Source of the DNA: an uncultured Clostridia bacterium
Lineage (GTDB): Bacteria > Bacillota > Clostridia > TANB77 > CAG-508
Direction of reading: 5' to 3'
Length of the DNA: 64,000 bases
NCBI GenBank assembly: GCA_944387445.1
Contig: CALXEX010000006.1
Location: 4,884 to 68,883 of the forward strand
Below are positions 37,767 to 49,700 of this stretch, in pieces (position 1 is the stretch's first letter; every line of letters begins with the position of its first letter). A program made the translations under genes and the position numbers. The notes beneath the pieces are model-generated. The model made no database searches and was not told the DNA's origin. It saw nothing but the letters and a program-made list of their open reading frames with translations.

Positions 37767-40700
37767 ATGAGAAAAGGATTTAATAATAAAAAATTAATAA
37801 ATCAGGATAATTTGAAATCAAAAAGTGCAAAACAGAAAAAGTTTGTATTAAGCATGAATCATTTAAAAACAGCTATTGTGCAGAACAAAGTAAAAGTGAT
37901 AGCAAGCATAATAGCAATTTTGACAATCATTGCAATCGTAATGACGGCTATTTATCATGCCCAAAAAGTGCAAATTAGAAACAATCTAATTGCGACAAAT
38001 CCAGAACTTGCAAGAGCCATGACATATGGAGAACTAACAGAAAAAGATGAGGAAACACAAAGCCAAAATGTCAGATTTAGTGTATATTTTGCAAGAGATT
38101 TAAATGGTGATGGCTATGCAGATAAAGTAAAAGGAACATGTAAAGAAGTAGGAGAAGAAGATACACTTTACATGAGCTTAAATGTGCTTGAAGATGGATA
38201 TTTAGAAAACGGAAAAATAGAAATTGAAGAAGATAACATGTATTTTAAAACAGCATTAGTAGATGATGATGCGATAGAAGGAAACTATATCAGTGAAAAT
38301 ACAACAGTCATCAACCTAAAGGATGTACAAGCAGGAACACAAAAACTAATTTTTGGACAGGTAAGAACTGGAGATTATAGATATAGTAGTACAAAAAGAG
38401 ATGCGATAGGAAATGACACAAACAAATATAGTGGAATCAATAAAATTAAATTAACAGGAACACATGTAGCAAATGATGGAGAAAGAACAGATATAGAAAA
38501 AGTAATAAAATTACCAGTAGATTGGTATGGAACAACAAAGGCTGAAATAGCAACAACGGGAGTAAATGGAGAAAAGAATAAATATCAAAATTACAATTCA
38601 GAAGGCATCATTGATGAAGAAAAGCAAGAAGTAAACTTAGAATTTAAAATTGTAGCACAAGAAAGCAACAATCAATTATTATTATCAAAATCAACCATAG
38701 AAGGAACCATACCAGAATTAAATGGATATAAAGCAACAAAAGTAGAAATCATGGGTGAAAACTTACAATCTACATATAATGAAGAAACAGGCGTATTTAC
38801 AGCATATAGAGAAGCAAATACAACAGAAGATGGAGTAGTTAATAAAGAAGCCTATTCTTCAACAAATGGAACTATTAGATATCATGAGATAAAACTAAAA
38901 GTAACATATCCATTAGAAGCATATGAAATAGCAAATGAAAGCAATAATGGAACAGTAACAATCCAAATACCTGTAAAAGCCACATTTGAAGGATATAACA
39001 ATCCAAATGAAGAATTTACAAACCCATATATCAGTAATATAGCTGAAGATGTTATTACAGTTACTTATGGTAAAACAGAAGGAAGTATTATTAATTTTGG
39101 AATCCAAGTAGGGGCATATGTAGGAAATGGATATAATGCAAATGTCATATCAAAAGAAAATGCATTAACATATTATAACAATGATGAAAATAAAAGTAAT
39201 GATACATATGAAGTAAGATGGTCTGTAGCAAGAGGAAATTCAGGAGAAATAGCAAATATAAAATTAAGAGAGCAAGATGCAAACTATACAGACAAATTTT
39301 CAAAAACAGATGGAACTTATGAAGATATGCTACCATATAGCAAAAACATAGGAATCTACTTTACAACACCAGGTGCTATGTTTGGAGAAAATGGATGGAT
39401 ACGTGTATACAATGATCAAACAAATACATTAATCCATGAATTTACAAGTGCAGACTGGGATACCTACACAAAAGAAAATCCATATATGTATGATGAACCA
39501 GTAGACCATATCAGAATAGAAACAAGTTCAGCAGATAAAGTAAGTAATTTTACAGTAAACCATATCAAAGAATTAAATAATGAATTATTAACAACAGATA
39601 TAGCAAGAGAAGAATTTGACAAATTCAATAAAATCAATTCATACTTAAGTGGAAATGCAAAATATGCTGAAAATGAAGAATATCAAAACATAAGTAACAT
39701 CACAGGCACGGCAAATTATGATGAACCAATATCTATTGCACAAATCACAAATGTAACACCTACAACACTTTCAACACAAGAAATGACAAATATGAAAATA
39801 ACGATAGGAACAGCAAATTCTGCATATAATTTGAAAGCATGGAAAAATGGAATCTTCTTATTGAAATTCCCAGAGGAGGTATTGGTAGCAGACATCAATA
39901 GTGTGACGATCAATAATGAAAATGTAAATATATTAGGATATGATATCTATGAACAAGATGGAAATTATTATTTAAAAATACTAACAGAAAATGAAAACCC
40001 AGAAAATTACACAATCACAGTAGATGCTAATATTACGCCAGACCCAAGAAAAATATCAGCAACAAAAGATATAGAACTATATGCCTATAATGAAGAATGT
40101 AATAACTATAAAGACACTTTAAGAGCAGAAGATGTGTATGACATCAATGGAGATGGAAATACAAAAGACTTGGTAGACTATAGTAAAAAATCAATTACAT
40201 TTGTAGGACCATCAACACTAATAACCACAGAAACCGCATCAGACTATAATGAAGAAGGAGACGAAATCAAAACAACTGTTGCCCCACAAGTAGCAGAAAT
40301 TGATAAAACACAAAATAATCGAACAGCAAAAATAAGTATACAAATCACAAATAATTATTCAGGAAACATTAGTGGAATTGTCGTTATCGGAAAAACACCA
40401 TTTGCAGGAAATACATCACAAATAATAGGAACAGATTTAGGTTCTACATTTACTGCAAAAATGATGAGACCAATCGAATTACCAGAAGAGTTACAAGGCA
40501 TTGCAAAAGTATATTACTCAGAAAATGAAACAGTTAATAGTGATGTAAATGACCCAAGTAACAACTGGAAAACAGCAGAAGAAATCACAGACTTTTCGAC
40601 CATCAGAACCTATGCAATTGATTTAAGTGATTATGTAGTAGAAAAAAATGAAGCATATATTTGTACCTATGAAATAGAAGTACCACAAGATGTCAACTAT

Positions 40701-43700
40701 AATGATGTTAGTTATTCAACACATGCCGTATATTTCTATATAGAAACACCAGAAGGAAAAATAGCAGACCAAGCAGAGACCAATAAACTAGGATTTAAGA
40801 TTGCTAGAAAATACAATTTAGAAATTAATAAAATAAAACAAGGAACAAATAGTCCAATTCAAGGAGCATCATTTAGTGTGCAAGCAGAAGGAGAAGAAAA
40901 TGCAAGAATCATAGCAAGTGATGTACAAGGAAAAATCAATATCCAAGACCTATATGTAGGAAAAGTATATACAGTAAAAGAATTAAGAGCACCAAGTGAC
41001 TATGTATTAAATAGTGCAGAAATGAAATTTACAACAACAGTAGATGACAATGGAGAACTACAAGTAGAAAAATTGGAAGGAAATAACAATCTAAATGTAG
41101 TACAAGCAACAGAAGAAGAACCAGCAAAAGTAAGCTTTACAGTAACCAATGAGCCAAAATACACATTTAAACTAACAAAGGAAGACCAAAATGGGAACTT
41201 AGTACAAGGCGTACGTTTTAACTTGATTGGAAAAGGCTTACCAACTCAAGGAAGAACAGTAACAACAAACAGCAAAGGTGAATTAGCTATTACAGGACTA
41301 TATCCAAATGAAGAATACACCTTAACAGAGGTATATGCAGAAGGATATGAATATAGTGAAGCACCAATCAAATTTAAGACAGTATGGAATGGAAATAACT
41401 TAGAAGCACAAGTTATAGAAGGAAGTTTTAAAATACAACCTACAGTAGACAATAACCAGGAAAAACAACCAATCATGAGTGCAAGTATTGTAAATACAAA
41501 ATTAGATGAATACAATCTAACATTAAGTAAATATGAAAAAGAGACACCAACTCCATTGGAAGGAGCCGTATTTAAAGTAACAGGAAAATGGTTAGACAGT
41601 GAATACACAACAGATGAAAGTGGTATGCTTAATGTTGGACCATTATATGAAGGAATAGAATATACCATAAAAGAAGTAATGCCACCAGAAGGCTATGCAT
41701 TAAGTGAAAACACTATAAGATTTGTAGTAAATACAAATGAAGAAGGAAAACAACAGTTACAAATCTTAGAAGGAGAAATTAAACCAAGTACAGATTTTGA
41801 AACTGAAGAAAAAATCAGTACAGAAGCTAGTGCTAATTCTGAGGGAACAGAAGATATAAGTAGTTCTGATGTAACAGAAAGTAGCAGTCGTTCTGAGACA
41901 GCATTAGAAGAAGGACAAGTTGTAGATAAAGATGGAAATCCTATAGAAGACAAGGAAGTAATTGCAAAACTTGATGGAGATAAAATCTCTGAAGTAATGC
42001 TTGCTATAGACAACGAACCACTATTCAGTCTAACAAAAATAGATGGAGAAACACAAGAACCATTACCAAATGTAAAATTTGCTATCACAAAAGTAGAAGA
42101 TGATGGAACAGAAACGGAAGCTTTAGATAGTAAAGGAGAACTGATAGGAGAGACAACAGAAATAGATGGTAAAACTTACCAAGTTATTACAACAGATGAG
42201 CAAGGAAAAATAACAGAAAACTTACCAAAAGGATATTACAAGGTAGTGGAAATAGAGACTGCCGAAGGATATCAATTACCAGAAAATGAAGAAGACAGAA
42301 CCTACTTCTTTGGAATTGGAAAAACAAAACCAGCAGTAAAAGAAATGGTAGAATTATGGAGCCAAAGTTTTGAAGGTAATGGAGAGATTACTTATACAGA
42401 TTCTGTTGCAACAGATGATGGGGGATATGTTAAGATTGGATATTTCTCAAACACAGTAACATTTGATGCAGACCAGACAGAAAGTGGTGAGGAATTAGTA
42501 TTAACATCAGAAGGAAATAAAGATGCTGTGATTATCAAATATAATAGTAATAACAGAATTGTATGGAGCAATACGTATGATAAAACAAAAACATCTGATG
42601 TCTTTAATGCTATTACAAAAATAGATAGTAATGAATATGTTGTAACAGGAAAATCAGCGAGTAATGTATGTCATTTAATATATGATAATGATGGAAATTT
42701 AATAAATGAATATACTAATTTAGTAAATACTAATCTAGATGAAATTAAAATAATCCAAACAAAAGATAAAGGATTTGTAACAATAGAAAATTTCAATAAT
42801 GTTTATCCGGTAACAATTCCAAAAGAAAATTCTGTAAATGGTAAAGAAATCGTTATTAACTCAAATGGAAGTTATGATGGAATATTAATTAAATATAACG
42901 AAGAACATAAAGTAGAATGGGTAAGAAGTATAGGAGGAGATAAGGAAGAACAATTTAATGATTTTGATATAGATAAAGATGGAAATATTATAGTTGTAGG
43001 ACATTTTTATAGCAGTAATCTTACGATGCCTGCTGAAGAAACAGTGAATAAAGAAGAGATGGTATTAACTAATGGAGGAAACAATGATCCATTTATAATA
43101 AAATATACTCCAGATGGATTAGTCGAATGGGCAGAAATCCCATATGAAATTACTTGGGATACTGTAAACGCAATACATATAAATGAAAATAACGAATATA
43201 CAATTTTTGGATATATAGGAAATGGAGTGAATTATAAGATACCAGGAGATAAAACTGCCAATGGACAAAATATAGTAATAAATGGAAGTGCTGTTTGTAT
43301 AAAATATAATGCTGAAGGAAAAATTGAATGGGCAGATGCATATCAAACAGGAGAAAGTATGTATAAAACCCAAAGTACGGATGATGGAGGAAGTATACAA
43401 ATTGGATTAATAAATAAAACTACGGGTGTGATAAACGCAAATCAAACGGCTGATGGTAAAGAAATAAAACTTACAACAAACGGAACAAAAGATATAATAG
43501 TACAAAAAATGAATAATGAAAATAAAATAGAGTGGGTAAGTATATTTGGAAGTACTTCATCTGAAAGTAAATCTAATATAAAATCTGTTATAGAATTACC
43601 AAACAACAGATACCTAGTACAAGTATATCTAACAGTCAAAGCAACCATATCAAGTGAACACACCACATTAGGTGAAGATGTAGAATTATTCGGAAATGTA

Positions 43701-46700
43701 ACCTTAATATACAATAGTGATGGACTAATAGAATACGCGTCAAGTGAAGTTGGTAGTAGTTCACAATATAATTCAGTAGTTGCAACAGATGACGGAGGAC
43801 AAATTGCCGTAGGACAAATGAAAGGCAAATTACATATTGATGGAGAACAAACGTCTACAGGCGAAGAAATAAATTTATTAAGTAATGGAGCAGAAAGCAA
43901 TGATGCACTTATCACAAAATATAATGAAGAAGGAAAAATAGAATGGATTAGAACTATAGGATCAGCATGGAGCGATGTAATTAATGAAATTGAAAAAGTT
44001 GATGACAAATACATAGCTGTTGGACAATATATGGGAAATATAACAATACCAGCGGAATATACTGTTGATAATGAAACTGTACAATTAACAAATGCTAATA
44101 ACAATCATAGTGCTATGGTTATTATATTTAATGAAGATGGTAAAATTTTTAAAGTTAATAAGTTGGATAGTACTGGTGCTGAAAAATTTAGTGCTATTTC
44201 AAAATCAGAAGATGGTTATGTTATAGTAGGATATGTAGATGGTAATATGACAATACCAGCAGAAGATACTTCTGAAGGAATTGCATTAAATATAAATATT
44301 GACAAAAAAAATTGTGGAATAGTTTTGAAATATGATAATAATGATAAAATAGAATGGGTTAGAACTATAAAACCAAATTCTAATAGTAATTATAATGTTT
44401 TCACGAAAGTAGAGACATTATCTAATGGTGGATATGTAGCCATATTAAACTGCTTAAAAGGAACTACGACAATAGAAGCAGATGATACTGTTGATAGAAA
44501 AGAAATAACAAAGACTTGTACAGATCAAAATGGTGGATTAATCGTTGTAAAATTTAATGAAAATGGATTAGTACAGACAGCTAATATTATTGATAATTGG
44601 TCATCAGAAAATTTTGATATAATTGCTACCAAAGATGGAGGGTATCTGGTTGCAAGAAGAAATTATTGGACTTCGTCAATGATAATTCCAGCAGAAGAAA
44701 CTATAAACAACGAAGAAATAGAAATTAATACACCTGGATATAATATATTTTTACTGAAATATAATCAAGATGGATTATTTGAGTTCTACAAACAAATAAA
44801 TGCTCATGAATATACCTCGCCTGTACAGATTAGTAATACAAATGACAATGGATACATATTAACGGGAAGAGATTATACATATAAATTAGATGATGAATTA
44901 AATATAGAATATAGTTATAAAAAGGGAGTGACAAATGCAGTAACCCAACCTCTAAATAATCAAACAGACTACATTCAAGTAGGATATACAACAGTACATG
45001 GTGTTAATGTAGCTAAAATCACAAAACTTCACGAAAACACCATCTCAGCCGAAATCCCAGAACAACAAAATATGATAATAGAAAACCACAAAAAAGAATA
45101 TAAAATAACAACAGAAGTAGAAGGTGAAGGAGGAAATATATCAGGAGAAGGATCAACAGCAGATAATCCATACGAAGTAGTAGAAGATGGAGGAGATAGT
45201 ACAAAAGATATTGTCGTAACACCAGAAGAGGGTTACAAAATCTTAAAAATCACCGTAAATGGAGAAGAAATCAATTTTGTACCAGAAGAGGATGGAAGTG
45301 TCATATTAGATAAATTTACAAATATGACAAGTGATAAACATGTAGTCGTACAATTTAGTAATACAGTTTCAACCGTTATTGTTCATCACTATAAAGATGG
45401 AACAACAGAGCCATATGAATCATTAGCAGATGATGAAACTTTAACAGGTGAAATTGGAACAAATTACACAACAGCACCAAAAGATATAGAAGGGTATGAA
45501 GTAGTTATTGAAAAATTACCAAGTAACGCAAGTGGTGAGTATACAGAAGCTCCACAAGAAGTTATCTACTTCTACAAGCAAACACCTGTAAAATTAATAG
45601 TACATCACTACTTAGAAGGAACAGAAGAAATCGTACCAGGTTCAGAAGATGACCAAATCAATGAAGAAAGAGAAAAAGGAACAGAATATACAACAAGTCA
45701 AGCAACAGATATAGATGCAAAATATGAATTAGTAGCAACTCCAAGTAATGCAACAGGAACATTAACAGACAATGAAACCGTTGTAACATACTATTACAGA
45801 GTCAAAGACTCAGCAGGTGTTATCGTACATCATATTGATGCAGATTCAAGAGAACCAATTGCACCAGATGTGATGATTCCAGCAGAGGGAACAGGGAAAT
45901 ATGGAGATAGTTATACAACTGAACAAAGTAGCGAAATACCAGCAAATTATGAATATGTAACCAGAACAGACAACTGGCAAGGAACCATGGTAGATACCTT
46001 AACAGAAGTTACATATGAATATCAATTGGTAGACCCAAGTATAACAGACCCAAATATTTCTAAAACAGCAACAGAAAGTATAGATACACCAAAAGCAGAA
46101 ATGGAATATGGAATTACCTATACAACAACCATTGAAAACTATATAGGTAAAGCACAAGTTACAATTGTTGATACATTACCATATAAAATTGATGTCGGAA
46201 AATCTACTTTAAATGGTGGTACTTATGATGAAGAAAGTCAAACCATTACATGGGTAGAATTGGTAGATGGAATTGATACATATACAAATCCAGAAAGTGG
46301 AAATATTGAAATCAATAAAACCATAAAAGTGGTATATCTAAATATGGATGTATCAAAAGAAACCATAGAAAATAATGTATCTGGAAAAGTTAAACTATTC
46401 ACTCCAGAAAAAACAAGTGAAGAAGTAACAGATACAGCAACAACCAATACAGAATTTAAAATGGATATGACTGTAAATAAAGTATGGGTTGACAATGACA
46501 CACAAGCCCAAAGAAGACCAGAAGTTGTTACCATCAATGTCATTGGAGAAAATGATAAAGTTGTACAAAGCTATGACTTAAAAGTAAAAGAAGAAAGTAG
46601 TCATACATTTACAGATTTACCAAAATACAATCATGAAGGAAATGAAATTGCATACAGAATAGAAGAAAAAGAAAAAACATTAGGAGATTTACATTTCTAC

Positions 46701-49700
46701 ACACCAAGTGTGAGCGAGATAACAGATGTAGAAGGTGAAAAAGACCACAAACAGGTAACAATTACCAATACATTTAAAACACCAGAAGATACAACTAAAA
46801 TCATAGTAAATAAAGTATGGAAAGATAATGAAATTCAAGCACAAAGAAGACCAGAAAGTATTGAGATTGTTGTAAAAAATGGTGATATAGAAGTAAAAGC
46901 ACAAAAAATGAGTATGGCAGATATGGTAGCAGACACAACTAACCAATGGTCAATTGTGATTGATGGACTAGCAAAATATGATGATAATGGCCAAGAAATT
47001 CAATATACAGTAGAAGAAAGAGCAACAGACACAGATCCAGATGGATTGAAATTCTATGAGGCAGAAGAAGATGTTGTTGCTGTAGAAGACCATCAAGCAA
47101 CCATCAGAAATAACTTTGTAAAACCAGATGATACAACAAGTATAACCGTAAACAAAGTATGGAATGATAACAAAGATGAAAATGAAAAACGTCCACAAAG
47201 CATTAGTTTACAAGTAAAAAACGGAGACAATGTAGTACAAGAAGAAGTGGTAGATGTAGATGATAAGATAAATGAAGAGCAAGAAAAAGAGGCAATTATC
47301 GAACAAGTAAATAGTGAAAGAGAGCCAGAAAAACAACTAGATACGAATACAGTAGAAATATGGCAACATACCTTTACGAACTTACCAAAATATGATGAAA
47401 ATGGACAAGAGATTGTATATACAGCTTCAGAAGAAGCAGTAAATGCAGATGGATTAAAATTCTATACATCAGAAATCAGTGCTGTAACAAATGTAGACAA
47501 TGAAGAAAACAAAAAAGAAGTAACCATAGTCAATACATTTACAGTACCAGATGAGAAAATAGAATTAACAGTAAGCAAAGTATGGGTAGACAATACGACA
47601 CAAGCTAAAAGAAGACCAGGAACAATTGTTATCAATGTCAAAGCAGAAAATGCAGATAACAATGATTCAGAAGCAGTTATTCAAACATATGACTTAAACA
47701 CAGCAACAGAAACCAGTCATACATTTACAGGATTACCAAAATACAATAGCAAAGGTGATGAAATCATCTACAAAGTGGAAGAGCAAGAAAAGACAACAGG
47801 AGATTTACACTTCTACACATCAAGTGTTGGTGAAGTAACAGATGTGGCAGGAGAAGAAAACAAGAAAGAAGTAACCATCACCAATACCTTTGAAAAACCA
47901 GATGATACAACAAATGTAACGGTAACAAAAGTATGGAATGACAACAAGGATGAGGCAGAAAAACGTCCAGATAGTATTGTATTACAAGTAAAAAATGGAG
48001 ATAATGTTGTAGATGACCAAGAGGTTAATGAAAACCAAAAAGTAGAAGGACAAGCAAAAGAAGAAATCATTGCAGAAATCAATGCAAAAAGTAATCAAAC
48101 AAATGCTGGAAACACAGAAACAGAAGAGCGTTTTGATGCTAACACAGTCGAAGTATGGCAATATACATTTAACGGATTAGAAAAATACAACGATAATGGA
48201 GAAGAAATCCAATATACAGCAGGCGAGACAGAAGTTAATAGCAATGATTTACAATTCTATGCAAAGGTCGTAGAAGGAACAACAATTATTAATACATTTA
48301 CACATGATACAACAAAAACAACCGTAACGGTAACAAAAATCTGGGAAGATAATGACATACAAGCCCAAAGAAGACCAGAAAGTGTCATCATTGTATTAAA
48401 AGCAAATGGACAAGACAACCAAGTATATGAACTAAGTGAAAAAACAGCAGATACAGCAAATGAAAATACATGGACACATACATTTACAGAGTTACCAAAA
48501 TATGATAAATATAACAACATCATTGAATACACAGTAAGTGAGGAAGAAAAATATATAGGTGACTTAGATTTCTATACAAGTAAAGTAGAAGGAACGACAA
48601 TTACCAATATATTTACAAGACCAACAGAAACCATCAGTATAGAGGTAAATAAAGAATGGATAGACCAAGACAATGCATATGAAAAGAGACCAAAAGCTAT
48701 TCGATTAGAAGTAAAATCAGTAGAAAATGGTACAGGAAAAGAAACTGTAGTACAATATGCAAATGTTACAAAAGATGATAATTGGTCAGCTAAATTTACA
48801 AACTTACCAAAATATGATGAAAATGGACAAGAGATTACCTATACAGTAGATGAAGAAGAAGTGCAAGACAATGACTTATTCCATTATGAAAAACATATTG
48901 GTGAAGTAACAGATAAAGCAGATGAAGTAGATGTAAAAGAAGCAACTATCACAAACGAAATGACAAAGATACCAGGAGAAGTGAATGTCAGATATGTAGA
49001 TATCAACACAAAACAAGACATTATAGGTAAAAAGAAAAAAGAAGGAATTGTAGGGGACACATTTGATGTAACAGAAGATAAAAGAGATATACCAGGATAC
49101 ACATTGGTAAAAGAACCAGATGAAAAGACAGGAACCTATACAACAGTACCACAAGAAAAAATCTACTATTATGCAAAAAATACAAAAGTGATTGTAAAAT
49201 ACTTAGAAAAAGATGATACACCAGACGACAATACAGATAACCACGTATTGAAAGATGAAGTAGAAATTCCTGGATATGAAGGAAAAGACTACAATACCAT
49301 AAAAGAAGAGATTCCAGGTTATACATATGTAGAAGATACACAAAATACAACAGGAAAAATGCAAAGAGATCAAATTACAGTAATTTACTACTATGCACCA
49401 AATACAAATGTCATTGTAAAATACTTAGAACAAGATGATACACCAAACGATAATAGTGATAACCATGAATTACTAACAGAAGTGAAAATCGATGGATATG
49501 TTGGAAAGGATTACACAACCGTAAAAGAAGACATACCAGGCTATACATTTGTAGAAGATACAGGAAATACAACAGGTACAATGACAAAAGACCCAATTGA
49601 AGTTATCTACTATTATGCACCAAATACAAAAGTGATTGTAAAATACTTAGAAAAAGATGATACACCAGACGATAATACAGACAACAAGAGATTAGTAGAT

